64,000 bases of DNA. Source: an uncultured bacterium. GTDB lineage: Bacteria > Oederibacteriota > JAAXVQ01 > JAUVAV01. The translations under genes and the position numbers were made by a program. Of the stretch, positions 1-9,736 are shown one piece after another; position 1 is the first letter of the stretch; each line of letters starts with the position of its first letter. The DNA lies in NCBI GenBank assembly GCA_963710755.1, contig CAVQBK010000007.1, positions 64,001 to 128,000 of the forward strand, in the 5' to 3' direction. Below the pieces are notes generated by a model. It was not told where the DNA came from, did not search any database, and saw nothing but the letters and a program-made list of their open reading frames with translations.

Positions 1-1
1 C

Positions 2-1195
2 AATGTACAGTGCAATTTCTGCAACCGTTCTTTTGACTGTGTCAATGAAAGCCGGCCCGGTGTGACCAGCTCCCTGCTTTCTCCGGAGCAGGCGCTGGCC
101 TATCTGGATTATATGCTGGCAAAAAAACCAAACATTACGGTTGTGGGTATCGCCGGTCCCGGTGATCCCTTTGCCAATCCGGTGGAAACATTGGAGACTT
201 TAAAACTGGTGCGTGCCCGTTATCCTCAAATGCTGTTGTGTCTGGCCAGCAATGGCTTGAATGTGCCTGATTTTGTGGATGACTTGGCCAAACTGCAGGT
301 GGCCCATGTAAGTCTGACGGTCAATACCCTGCGGGTGGCCACGGCTGCCAAAATCTATTCCTGGGTGCGTTTCGGCAAAAGGGTTTTCACCCAGGAAGAA
401 GGCGCTGCCATTTTGCTTAAAAACCAGGAAGAAACCATTAAACGCCTAAAAGCGCATAATATTATTGTGAAAATCAATACGGTGGTAATTGAAGGCATTA
501 ATGATCAGGAGGTGCCTGAAATTGCAGAACAGATGCATGCCTTGGGCGTGGACATTATGAACCCCATGCCCATGGTGGCCAATCAACTGGCAGCTTTCGG
601 ACCAGCCCAAGTACCCTCGGCGACGACCATGCAACGTGTGCGTCAGGCCATCAGTGCTGAACTGCCGCTTATGTCGCATTGCGCCCGATGCCGTGCTGAT
701 GCCGCCGGGCTGATCGGGGAATCCATGACCGCAGAGGAGTTGGAGACCATTAAAACCTTTTCCAAAGGGTCGTCCCTGGAAAAAAAAGGCGGGGACGCTG
801 TCATTGGCAAGCGCCCTTATGTGGCCGTGGCCAGCAGGGAAGGTGTGCTCATCAATCAGCATTTGGGAGAGGCAGAGCAACTTTTGATTTATGAAAAAAA
901 CGGTCAGGGCGTGCGGCTGGTTCAAACGCTCAAGACTCCGGCGTCAGGTCTGGGCGATGAGCGGTGGCAGCAATTGGGTGCTCAACTGCGGAAATGCTCC
1001 ACCTTGTTGGTAAGCGGTATCGGGCAGCGGCCCATGGCGGTATTAAAAGAAAGCGGCTTGAATGTCTTGAGGGTGGAAGGGTTGATTGAAGAGATGGTGG
1101 GTCAGCTGTTAAAAGGAAAAGATGTATCCCGACTGCAAATTCCCGCCAAGAAATGCGGCGAAGCCTGCGCGGGAACCGGTATGGGCTGTTGTTGA
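2..1195 (+). CDS. nifB: Nitrogenase cofactor biosynthesis radical SAM protein NifB with C-terminal NifX-like domain (5' truncated by the window edge)
   Basis: The frame open from position 2 reads NVQCNFCNRSFDCVNESRPGVTS (end of the radical SAM CxxxCxxC plus the NifB ESRPGV motif). Also present: VVGIAGPGDPFAN, HCARCRADAAG, and a C-terminal VAVASREGVLINQHLGEA NifX-like domain. Confidence 0.93.
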   Translation, partial: NVQCNFCNRSFDCVNESRPGVTSSLLSPEQALAYLDYMLAKKPNITVVGIAGPGDPFANPVETLETLKLVRARYPQMLLCLASNGLNVPDFVDDLAKLQVAHVSLTVNTLRVATAAKIYSWVRFGKRVFTQEEGAAILLKNQEETIKRLKAHNIIVKINTVVIEGINDQEVPEIAEQMHALGVDIMNPMPMVANQLAAFGPAQVPSATTMQRVRQAISAELPLMSHCARCRADAAGLIGESMTAEELETIKTFSKGSSLEKKGGDAVIGKRPYVAVASREGVLINQHLGEAEQLLIYEKNGQGVRLVQTLKTPASGLGDERWQQLGAQLRKCSTLLVSGIGQRPMAVLKESGLNVLRVEGLIEEMVGQLLKGKDVSRLQIPAKKCGEACAGTGMGCC

Positions 1196-1250
1196 CGGGC
1201 GGGCCAGTTCCTGCCCATAAATTGTATTAATTCCAAGAAGGAGATGCACT

Positions 1251-1559
1251 ATGGAAAAGCCGAATAAACACATTTTAGTCTGTGCCAGTTTCCGGGCCGG
1301 CGGGGAACCTCAGGGCGTATGCCATAAAAAAGGTTCGTTGCAGCTGTTGCCCTATTTGGAAGGTGAATTGTCTGACCGGGACATGGAAGGGGTTACTATT
1401 TCCATTACCGGTTGTTTGAAAGCCTGTGACCGTGGACCCATTATGGTGATTCATCCGGACAATACCTGGTATGGGAAAATTGAAAGCGAAGCGGATCTTG
1501 ATCAGATATTGGATGCTTTGGAAGCCGGGACTGTAGCGGAAGAATATGTTTTGAAATAA
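1251..1559 (+). CDS. Thioredoxin-like (2Fe-2S) ferredoxin, nif-associated
   Basis: HILVC...GVC...TGCLKACDRGPIMVIHPDNTWYG pattern; RBS AAGGAG upstream; directly follows nifB. Confidence 0.9.
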   Translation: MEKPNKHILVCASFRAGGEPQGVCHKKGSLQLLPYLEGELSDRDMEGVTISITGCLKACDRGPIMVIHPDNTWYGKIESEADLDQILDALEAGTVAEEYVLK

Positions 1560-1763
1560 CGCTGAAAACCGGAAGATACAAAAATTAGCTAGTGGCTGTG
1601 GCCGTAAAAGGAGACAATGAAAGGGATCACCATGCGGGGGCATGAAGTTGATGTGATCTGCTTTTATCTGCCTGCGCTTGCGGCCGCTTCTTTGTTTAGC
1701 AGGCATCCTTGCGCTGTGTCATCATACCCAGATTAAATGTGCTCAATATAGAGGGGAGTGGCC

Positions 1764-2216
1764 ATGAACATTGTCATTCAGCCGGCAGTCATTGAAGACC
1801 TGGAAGCCATGAGTGGGTTGTTGGATCAGCTCTTTGCGATTGAGCGCGATTTCAAACCTGATCGGGCCAAACAGAGAAAAGGTTTAGCCATGTTACTTTG
1901 CAATAAAACCAGCGTGCTTTTGGTGGCCCGTTCGGAAGGGACCGTGGTGGGCATGGCGACCATGCAAGAGTTGATTTCCACGGCTGAAGGAGGTCCGGTA
2001 GGCCTGGTGGAGGACGTGGTGGTGGACCAAGCCCGGCGCGGCCAGGGCATTGGACGCCGCTTATTACTGGCGCTGGAACAGGAAGCGCAAGTCCGGGGCT
2101 GGCTGCGGCTGCAGTTGTTGGCGGATTTGAATAATCAACCGGCTCTTGCCTTTTATCGACAACTGAACTGGCAGACTACCCAATTAATCGCTCTGCGCCA
2201 GACCAAGCTGGTTTAA
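1764..2216 (+). CDS. GNAT family N-acetyltransferase
   Basis: Acetyl-CoA motif VVVDQARRGQGIGRRLL and NQPALAFY; ATG at 1764 after GAGGGGAG (ORF track starts at GTG 1758). Confidence 0.88.
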   Translation: MNIVIQPAVIEDLEAMSGLLDQLFAIERDFKPDRAKQRKGLAMLLCNKTSVLLVARSEGTVVGMATMQELISTAEGGPVGLVEDVVVDQARRGQGIGRRLLLALEQEAQVRGWLRLQLLADLNNQPALAFYRQLNWQTTQLIALRQTKLV

Positions 2217-2353
2217 AAGTGGCCGGATGTGGTCCTGGCAGCCTCCCAGTCTCGGGAGTTATAATCTCTGCAGCCCTGGGGCTATGGAACCAAGTAGTGG
2301 CAGCACGGGTCAATTAAGTGATTTTGGATCCAGGTTAAAAGGAGGCTAATAAA

Positions 2354-3250
2354 ATGATGAATATAACTGTCACCACCCCGACCGGAAAGATAGGAAGGGT
2401 CGTTGTTAAAGGGTTGTTGAAGGAAAGCGTTCAGTTAACCTTGGTGGCCAGGTATCCGGAAAAACTCAAACAAGCAACGGAGCAAGGCGCTCGGGTGATT
2501 CAAGGCAGCAGTGATGATCCGGAGGTATTGAAACGGGCCACAAAAAACGCAGATGCTTTTTTCGTATTGACCCCGCCAGATATGGCCATGACAGACATTA
2601 GAGCACACTACCGTCGTTTTGGCGAGGCAGCAGCTCAAGCCATCACAGAGAATAACATTCCTTACGCAGTTCACCTGTCCAGTATTGGCGCGGAACTGGA
2701 GTCAGGCAATGGCCCGGTGGCCGGCTTGCATATCAATGAAGAAATCCTAAGGGCAGCCTGCCCGAATGTTGTTCAACTCCGAGCCGGTTATTTTATGGAA
2801 AACACCCTGGGTCAATTGCAGAGCATTCTTTCTTCATCCAGTTTGTACACCACGTTGCCGCAGGGCACCAAACTTTCTATGGTTGCCACTGAGGATATCG
2901 GCCAAAAAGCGGTGGAACTTTTAAAAAAAATGAATTGGAAGGGCGAAGAAATTGTGGAATTGGTCGGTCCTCACGAAATTAGCTACGAAGAGGTTGCCCG
3001 TATTTTATCCAAAGTGCTGGGCAAAGAAATAAAGCACATCACCATTTCAGAGGAACAATTTATTGAAGCCATGACCAAAATGGGTGCTTCCCGTGTAATA
3101 GCCGAAAGCTTTGCCGAAATGAGCAGGGCTCAGGCTTCACGAAAAATGACGGCTCATCATCCGGAAAAAGGCCGGATTTCTTATGAAACCTTTGCGAAGC
3201 AAGTTTTTAAACCAGCTTTTGAAGCTATGGCGCTGGCCAAAACCAGGTAA
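2354..3250 (+). CDS. NmrA-like NAD(P)H-binding protein
   Basis: N-terminal Rossmann-like ITVTTPTGKIGRVVV, VHLSSIGA, LRAGYFMEN and MVATEDIG; RBS AAGGAGG. Confidence 0.85.
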   Translation: MMNITVTTPTGKIGRVVVKGLLKESVQLTLVARYPEKLKQATEQGARVIQGSSDDPEVLKRATKNADAFFVLTPPDMAMTDIRAHYRRFGEAAAQAITENNIPYAVHLSSIGAELESGNGPVAGLHINEEILRAACPNVVQLRAGYFMENTLGQLQSILSSSSLYTTLPQGTKLSMVATEDIGQKAVELLKKMNWKGEEIVELVGPHEISYEEVARILSKVLGKEIKHITISEEQFIEAMTKMGASRVIAESFAEMSRAQASRKMTAHHPEKGRISYETFAKQVFKPAFEAMALAKTR

Positions 3251-3268
3251 GACTGTCTTTAACAGACA

Positions 3269-4168
3269 TCAACCCCTGTTTTCAGGAGAATCCTGAGAAC
3301 GGGGGTTTTTTATTGCATCGAGTTCCGTCAGCAATGACATGAGGCCGCCCAGCAATAGGTGGGGGGACTGATCCAAGCCTTTGGCATGGGCACCGGTCAA
3401 AGAGACAAGGGTTTTGTTGCCACGCGGCAAGTCAACTAGCTGCCTGGCTACATCAAAGGGAATGACTTCATCTTCAGTGCTGTGTGCGATGACCACGGGA
3501 ATGGACAGGTTGCGCAAGCAGGCGGCGGTATTAAACCGTTCCGTAGTCATCCATCCGGTAGGCAGCCAGGGCACCACCCTGTGGGCGACATAGGCTACGG
3601 AGGGAAAAGCACCTTCCACGATCAGAGCAGCCGGTTGAAAAGTTAACGCCGACCAAGCAGCCAAAGCACTGCCAATGGATTGACCATAGAAGAGAATATG
3701 TTTGGGATCCAGCCTGCGTCTCTGTATCAGGAATTCCCAAACCGCCCGGCAATCCTGGCGCAGCCCCTTTTCAGTGGGCCTGCGGTGGGTGCTTTTTCCA
3801 AAACCCCGATAACTAAAGAGGACCAAATCAAAACCAGCCTCGTGCAGCACTTTTAGGCTTGGTAAAAATTTGGATAAAGTGCCTTCGTTGCCCGGAAAAA
3901 ACACCAAGGTCATGCCGCAGGCTGGTTTTTGACCGCTGGTCAAAGAACGTGGAATCAACCAGAGCTGCAGGCGTACGTGATCCGCTGTTTGAAGGAAAAG
4001 CTCTTCGTAGACCATGCCTAGGTCAGTGGGCAGGCGGCTCATCGCGCGGGAAGGAAAGAAAATAAAAAAACGGTGGAATACAAGATAACCAAGACTGATA
4101 CCCACATAGGTAGCCACCAATGCGAGTGCGACCGATAGCAGAGGATGGGAAGACAACCATGATAGCAT
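3269..4168 (-). CDS. Membrane-anchored alpha/beta hydrolase (ABHD13-like)
   Basis: N-terminal TM helix, FFPGNEG, SYRGFGKS, nucleophile GQSIG, HSTEDEVIP and GAH. Start placed at ATG 4168 after AAAGGAGG. Confidence 0.85.
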   Translation of the reverse strand: MLSWLSSHPLLSVALALVATYVGISLGYLVFHRFFIFFPSRAMSRLPTDLGMVYEELFLQTADHVRLQLWLIPRSLTSGQKPACGMTLVFFPGNEGTLSKFLPSLKVLHEAGFDLVLFSYRGFGKSTHRRPTEKGLRQDCRAVWEFLIQRRRLDPKHILFYGQSIGSALAAWSALTFQPAALIVEGAFPSVAYVAHRVVPWLPTGWMTTERFNTAACLRNLSIPVVIAHSTEDEVIPFDVARQLVDLPRGNKTLVSLTGAHAKGLDQSPHLLLGGLMSLLTELDAIKNPRSQDSPENRG

Positions 4169-4197
4169 GAGGCCTCCTTTGGGTAAGTAGCCCGGAA

Positions 4198-5577
4198 TTA
4201 TTTTAAAAGCCAGGCATAAATACTTTTTAGCCATCCGACACCGATGCGGTAGGGCGGCAACATAAGACGTCTTTTATTGTTGGACCGCTGGACCAGCACC
4301 GCCCGATAATGAGTAAAACAATCAAATCCGGCCCGGCCGTGATATTGGCCCATACCGCTTGCGCCTCGTCCACCCAATGGCAAATAAGGTGTACTGATTT
4401 GATTGATGGTGTCGTTAATGGCCGCTGTGCCCGAGGGCAGGCTTTCCAGCACGGTTCTAGACAACCGTGGATTTGCGGTGAACAGGTAAAGCGCCAGGGG
4501 TATGGGTTTCGACTTGAGGTCTGCAAGCAATTGGCCCAGGTCATGATAGGGCACGATGGGCAGGATGGGTCCGAATATCTCCTCTTTCAATAGCCGGCTA
4601 TCAGGGTGAATATTGGTCATGATCGTGGGTGCCAGGTAATTATCCAGCTCATCCCACTGTCCGCCCCACAGGATATTGCCTTCCTGCAAAAAAGCACGCA
4701 GCCGCGTCAGATGCTGCCGGTTGATGATGCGGCTGTAATCCGCACTGGCCTTGGGCTCAGGGCCGTAAAATCGGGTGATGGCTTTAATCAGCTCCTGCTC
4801 CAGAGTGTTCTGGAATTGTGCGGGTACATAAACCATGTCCGGGGCAACGCAAGTTTGACCGGCATTTAAAAACTTGCCCCATACGATGCGTAGGGCGGCA
4901 GAGGGCAAATGGGCGTCGTCCATGAGGAGGCAGGGATTTTTCCCTCCCAATTCCAGAGTTACCGGAATAAGCTGCCGGGCTGCGGCGGCCATGACCAGCC
5001 TGCCTATGTGCGTGCTGCCGGTGAAAAAAATATGATCCCAGTGCTGTTCGAGCAGGGCTTCTGCGGTTTTAGCGTCACCCAGTTGAACATGGCAAACAGT
5101 GTCGGGAAGACAGTCAGCCAGCATGGTCTTCAACCTATTACCGCTCTGTGGCGCCATTTCAGAAGGCTTGACAACAACGCTATTGCCGGCCGCCAAAGCA
5201 CTAATTAAAGGTGTGAGCGTAAGCCCCAAGGGATAATTCCAAGGGCTGATTATGAGCACCACCCCTTTGGGCTCGGGAATTACCAGGCTGTGACCGGGGA
5301 AAAGCATAGGGGGCGTGTGTTTTTTTTGCGGTCTCATCCAACGACCAAGATGGTCCAAGGCATAACTCAGCTCGCGATGCACCAACCCCAATTCCGAGGT
5401 ATAAGCTTCCACTGCATTTTTTCCCAAGTCCTGACGCAACGCCGAGAGCAGGGCCTGTTCATGGGTGAACAGGCCCTGGCGCAAGCTGAGCAGTTGCCGG
5501 CGCCGAAATCCATAGGTGCGGGTTTGGCCATTGGCCATAAAGGCTTTCTGATTTTTTACCACATCATCAATGAACAT
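4198..5577 (-). CDS. Aldehyde dehydrogenase (ALDH3-like), probably the carotenoid-aldehyde dehydrogenase AldH/CrtNc equivalent
   Basis: ISPWNYP, VKPSE, FTGS, LELGGKNP, NAGQTCVAPD and EEIFGP motifs; divergent from the crtP-like operon. Confidence 0.9.
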   Translation of the reverse strand: MFIDDVVKNQKAFMANGQTRTYGFRRRQLLSLRQGLFTHEQALLSALRQDLGKNAVEAYTSELGLVHRELSYALDHLGRWMRPQKKHTPPMLFPGHSLVIPEPKGVVLIISPWNYPLGLTLTPLISALAAGNSVVVKPSEMAPQSGNRLKTMLADCLPDTVCHVQLGDAKTAEALLEQHWDHIFFTGSTHIGRLVMAAAARQLIPVTLELGGKNPCLLMDDAHLPSAALRIVWGKFLNAGQTCVAPDMVYVPAQFQNTLEQELIKAITRFYGPEPKASADYSRIINRQHLTRLRAFLQEGNILWGGQWDELDNYLAPTIMTNIHPDSRLLKEEIFGPILPIVPYHDLGQLLADLKSKPIPLALYLFTANPRLSRTVLESLPSGTAAINDTINQISTPYLPLGGRGASGMGQYHGRAGFDCFTHYRAVLVQRSNNKRRLMLPPYRIGVGWLKSIYAWLLK

Positions 5578-5662
5578 GGTTATTATTTATCACATTTATG
5601 ATAATATTGCACTGGTCATTTCTGCAGCGGCACAGGCTGTGATCCGAAAGGAGCTGTCGAGC

Positions 5663-6448
5663 ATGCTGAAACCAGTCATAATATTTTTATTATTGGCGGG
5701 GTGGAGTTGGCCTGCGCGAGGGGGACCTCCATCGGAAGAAACCATTGTGAACCAAGGCATCAGGCAGTTGCAGCAGGCTATCAACCATTGGCAGGCCGAC
5801 GCCTTTGATCAGGCGGCAAAGCTGTTCAATGAAGCTGCGAGCACCTCTGATCAGGACAGCCGCGTTTATTATTGGCTGGGGGTGACCTATTATTATAAGG
5901 CGTCCTACTACCTTTACGCGCGGCCGCAAGACCGGGTTGAAGCCGAAGGCAAACAGGCTGTTAACCTGGGCATAGAAGCTTTGAAAAAAGCCGTTCACTT
6001 GGCGCCCGACGAATCAGAAACCCATGCCTTGCTGGGCGTGCTCCAGGGCATGATGATCCAAATGAATCCCTGGTCAGCCCTAAGCGCCGGTCCGCAAGTG
6101 GAACAGCACCGCAAGCAAGCCTTGCACCTTAATCCCGACAATCCCAGAGTGCATTATTTAACCGGCCTAAGTTTGTACATGACTCCTCAGCTGTTCGGCG
6201 GCAGCCGTGATCTCGCACTTCAGCATTTATTGACTGCTCAGACTTTATTCGAAAAAGAACGGACAAATTCTCCCGAACCGCTGGAACCGCGCTGGGGTTA
6301 TGATATGGACCTGGCCTTTATTGGTGAAATTTATTATAAGCAAAATCAAATTAAAGAAGCCTACCGTTATTACCAAAAAGCCTTACTGGTGAATCCTCAC
6401 AATTTAAAAGCCTTACAAGGGCTGGAGCAACTTCACTTCGAAAAATAA
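5663..6448 (+). CDS. Exported TPR-repeat protein
   Basis: Signal-peptide-like MLKPVIIFLLLAGWSWPARG; TPR-like repeats (VYYWLGVTYYY, ALHLNPDNPRVHYLTG, YQKALLVNPHN); RBS AAAGGAG before ATG 5663. Confidence 0.8.
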   Translation: MLKPVIIFLLLAGWSWPARGGPPSEETIVNQGIRQLQQAINHWQADAFDQAAKLFNEAASTSDQDSRVYYWLGVTYYYKASYYLYARPQDRVEAEGKQAVNLGIEALKKAVHLAPDESETHALLGVLQGMMIQMNPWSALSAGPQVEQHRKQALHLNPDNPRVHYLTGLSLYMTPQLFGGSRDLALQHLLTAQTLFEKERTNSPEPLEPRWGYDMDLAFIGEIYYKQNQIKEAYRYYQKALLVNPHNLKALQGLEQLHFEK

Positions 6449-6471
6449 TGTGGTACGAAAAGGAGACGGCC

Positions 6472-7962
6472 ATGACCAACAAGCAACGTGGGAAAGTGGT
6501 GGTGATCGGCGCCGGCCTGGGAGGACTTTCGGCCGCCATCTCGCTGGCCACCATAGGTTATGAGGTGGAGATCTTTGAAAAAAATGACAAAGTGGGCGGA
6601 AAACTCAACGTGATGAAAAAAGAAGGCTTTTCCTTTGATCTGGGTCCGTCCATTCTTACCCTGCCCCATTTTTTTCGCCGCTTGTGGGAGCGGGCCGGAA
6701 GACGCATGGAAGACGATGTACCCCTACAGCGTGTCAGCCCGCATTGGCGAAATATTTTTGAAGACGGCCGTGTGATCGACTTGTATTTCGAACCGGAAAA
6801 AATGGAAACGGAATTGCTCAAACTTGGCGATCGCCGTTTGGTCCGTCAATTCCGAGCATTTCTTGACTATGCTGGCGGGCAGTATGATTTGATTAATAGG
6901 GGATACTTTGAGCAGGGGTTGGACACCACCGCTGATTTTTCCTCTTACTACGATTTTAAATCCCTGCTGACCATGGATTATTGGCACAGTATGCACGGCA
7001 GCGTGCGCCGTTTTTTCAAAAATCCCTACCTGGTGGATATTTTTGATTATTTTATTAAATACGTCGGCTCTTCCGCTTACCGGGCGCCGGGGTTCATGAA
7101 CCTCATGCCTGTTATTCAATTTCGCTATGATCTGTGGTATGTCCAAGGCGGCATGTACAATCTGGCCCGCGGTCTGGAACGCCTGGCCCGCAGCCTGGGG
7201 GTGACTATTCACCTCAACAGTGAAGTCGTTAAAATTAACAAACAACCGGGCCGGGTGACCGGTCTGACCTTGGCCGACGGTGGGATCATAGAGGCTGGTA
7301 TTATTGTTTCCAATATGGAAGTCCTTCCAGCTTGCCGTGCCTTGCTGGATGAAGATCAGGCCTTCTTGAAAAAATTAAATAAATTTGAGCCGGCCTGTTC
7401 AGGGTTGGTGCTGCATTTGGGGACAGATAAAGTTTACCCGCAATTGGCCCATCACAATTTCATTTATTCCCGCAATCAAAGAGAGCATTTTAAAACTGTC
7501 TTCCAAAAGCATCGCATTCCCCAGGACCCTACCCTGTATGTGGTGGCCCCGTCGCGCACCGATTCCACGGTCTGTCCGCAAGGGGGTGACAACATCAAAG
7601 TACTGCCTCATATTCCTCATCTTGACCCCAATCACCCTACGACAGTCCAGGACTATCTTGAGCTGAAGGAAAGGGTATTGGATAAATTGGAGCGGATCGG
7701 CCTTAAGGATCTGAGACGTCATATCGTAGTGGAAGATATGTGGACACCCTATGATATTGAAAAAAACTACTATTCCAATCACGGCGCTATTTATGGGGTG
7801 GTTTCGGACCGCTTTAAAAACTTCGCCCTCAAAGCGCCCAAACAGAGCACGCGTTACAGCAATTTATATTTCGTGGGGGGCTCGGTCAATCCCGGCGGCG
7901 GTATGCCTATGGTTGTTTTATGCGGACAGAATGTGGCCAAGGACATCGCCGCCCATAGTTAA
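6472..7962 (+). CDS. crtP: CrtI-family FAD enzyme, diapolycopene oxygenase (CrtP/CrtNb) type
   Basis: VIGAGLGGLSAA, FDLGPSILT, FDYFIKYVGSS and C-terminal LYFVGGSVNPGGGMPMV, as I recall for the CrtP/CrtNb subfamily; RBS AAGGAG. Confidence 0.8.
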   Translation: MTNKQRGKVVVIGAGLGGLSAAISLATIGYEVEIFEKNDKVGGKLNVMKKEGFSFDLGPSILTLPHFFRRLWERAGRRMEDDVPLQRVSPHWRNIFEDGRVIDLYFEPEKMETELLKLGDRRLVRQFRAFLDYAGGQYDLINRGYFEQGLDTTADFSSYYDFKSLLTMDYWHSMHGSVRRFFKNPYLVDIFDYFIKYVGSSAYRAPGFMNLMPVIQFRYDLWYVQGGMYNLARGLERLARSLGVTIHLNSEVVKINKQPGRVTGLTLADGGIIEAGIIVSNMEVLPACRALLDEDQAFLKKLNKFEPACSGLVLHLGTDKVYPQLAHHNFIYSRNQREHFKTVFQKHRIPQDPTLYVVAPSRTDSTVCPQGGDNIKVLPHIPHLDPNHPTTVQDYLELKERVLDKLERIGLKDLRRHIVVEDMWTPYDIEKNYYSNHGAIYGVVSDRFKNFALKAPKQSTRYSNLYFVGGSVNPGGGMPMVVLCGQNVAKDIAAHS

Positions 7963-7988
7963 ACTTCCAGGAAAAAGGAGCCTGACCT

Positions 7989-8609
7989 ATGGATGGCTAT
8001 GATCTTTTGATACTGGTCGTGACCGGGACGGTGCTGGGACGCTTCTTAGTCCATATCATTGGCTTGCGGCAGCGTGGACTTAAAATCAATCATCTGGGCT
8101 ATAAGAAACAAGGCCTGCCGCGCCTGGTGGAAATCGCGATTCTACCCTTGGCGATGCTGATGCTCATTGAGGTTGTCGCGCATGCCCTGTACCCTGATGT
8201 TCGCCAGGCCGGTTTATGGCCACTCGGGTCCTGGCACCAGGCAGCGGGTGCAGTGCTGTTGGTCGCGGCCTTGATACTCTTGTGGTTGACGCTGCGCCAT
8301 TTCGGTCCCTCTTACCGACTGGGTGTAGACCATACCAACCCCGGCGCCTTGGTACGAAAGGGCGTTTTTGCCTATTCCCGGAATCCCATCTACCTCGGTT
8401 TGGACAGCTTGTTTGCAGGCTGCTTTCTGATTTACCCCAATTGGTTTTTCTTTTTCATGATGATCGGCGCCTGCTTGACCATGCATTTCATGATCTTAAG
8501 TGAAGAACGGGCCTTGAAGGTGCTTTATGGCCAGGCTTATTTGGATTACCAAAAAGCGGTTCCCCGCTATCTGGGGTTGACCCTATTAAAAAAAGGGGGC
8601 CGGCCATGA
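7989..8609 (+). CDS. Isoprenylcysteine carboxylmethyltransferase (ICMT/PEMT) family membrane methyltransferase
   Basis: Several TM helices with LVRKGVFAYSRNPIYLG and EERAL...YGQAYLDYQKAVPRY motifs; RBS AAGGAG. Confidence 0.85.
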   Translation: MDGYDLLILVVTGTVLGRFLVHIIGLRQRGLKINHLGYKKQGLPRLVEIAILPLAMLMLIEVVAHALYPDVRQAGLWPLGSWHQAAGAVLLVAALILLWLTLRHFGPSYRLGVDHTNPGALVRKGVFAYSRNPIYLGLDSLFAGCFLIYPNWFFFFMMIGACLTMHFMILSEERALKVLYGQAYLDYQKAVPRYLGLTLLKKGGRP

Positions 8610-9697
8610 GCATGCTTATCGTGGTGGGCGCGGTGCTTTGGATTTTGGGCTGGTTGGTCCTTTGGAAACTGCCCGCTTGTCCCCGTACAATCCTGTCCTC
8701 AACACCGCCGGCGTTGTCCGTGATCATTCCCGCCCGCGATGAAGAGCGCAACTTGCAGCAGTTGCTGCCGTCCCTGTTTGGCCAGGGATTCCCTGCCCTG
8801 GAGGTGGTGGTGGTTGATGACGGCTCCGTAGATCGCACGGCCGTGGTTGCTGCTGGTCTGGGGGCCAAGGTGATTATTGCCAAACCTTTACCCTCCGGTT
8901 GGACCGGAAAAGCCTGGTCTTGTCAGCAGGGAGCCGACCAGGCCAAAGGAGAGGTGCTGCTCTTCTTAGATGCTGATACGCAGGTGGAAGCAGGTGGTTT
9001 GGCCCGTATGGTGGCCGCGCTGCAGGCTCGACCGGAGTTGGTGTCGATTGCGCCCTATCAGTTGGTGCCTACCTGGACAGAACAGGGGTCGGTTTTTTTT
9101 AATTTCATGCAGCTGGCTGGGATGCAAGCCTTTACGCTCTTGGGCCATCGGCTTAAGCCGGCAGGCATGTTTGGGCCTTGTTTTTTAGCCACCAAGGAAG
9201 ATTACCAAAGGGCAGGCGGCCATAAGGCCGCTGCCGGAGAGGTTCTGGAAAATTACGCCTTGGCGCGCGCGGCCATGTCCAAGGGCGTGGCCGTACGCTT
9301 GCTGGGCGGTCAGGGGGTACTGTCGGTGCGCCTCTATGGGACGGGGATCAAAGCCCTAGTCGCCGGCTGGACCAAATCTTTTTTAAACGGGGCCAACCGG
9401 ACCCCACCGCTGATCATGGCCATGCTTTGCTTATGGATATCGGGTATGATCATTGCACTAACCAGCTTGATGGTGGCGCTGCTGACCGGTTATGGTGCCG
9501 AAAACGCACTGATCCTTTATGCGCTTTACACGGGGCAATTGCTTTGGCAATTCAAGCGTCTCGGTTCTTATCGGGCCGTCACCGCTTTGTTCTATCCGGT
9601 GCCATTGCTGTTCTTTTTGGCGCTCTTTGCCAGGGCGGCATTATTGAAAAGGATGGGCAGGGCGGCAACATGGAAAGGAAGGGAGGTTGGGCTATAG
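8606..9697 (+). CDS. crtQ: GT2 glycosyltransferase, carotenoid glycosyltransferase CrtQ-like
   Basis: SVIIPARDEE, VVDDGSVD, PSGWTGKAWSC, LLFLDADT, FGPC and a C-terminal TM pair ending WKGR; carotenoid context; ATGA overlap with the upstream gene. Confidence 0.75.
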   Translation: MSMLIVVGAVLWILGWLVLWKLPACPRTILSSTPPALSVIIPARDEERNLQQLLPSLFGQGFPALEVVVVDDGSVDRTAVVAAGLGAKVIIAKPLPSGWTGKAWSCQQGADQAKGEVLLFLDADTQVEAGGLARMVAALQARPELVSIAPYQLVPTWTEQGSVFFNFMQLAGMQAFTLLGHRLKPAGMFGPCFLATKEDYQRAGGHKAAAGEVLENYALARAAMSKGVAVRLLGGQGVLSVRLYGTGIKALVAGWTKSFLNGANRTPPLIMAMLCLWISGMIIALTSLMVALLTGYGAENALILYALYTGQLLWQFKRLGSYRAVTALFYPVPLLFFLALFARAALLKRMGRAATWKGREVGL

Positions 9698-9736
9698 AGA
9701 TGATGATGAACAAAAAATAAAAAAACGGAGGGTCAC

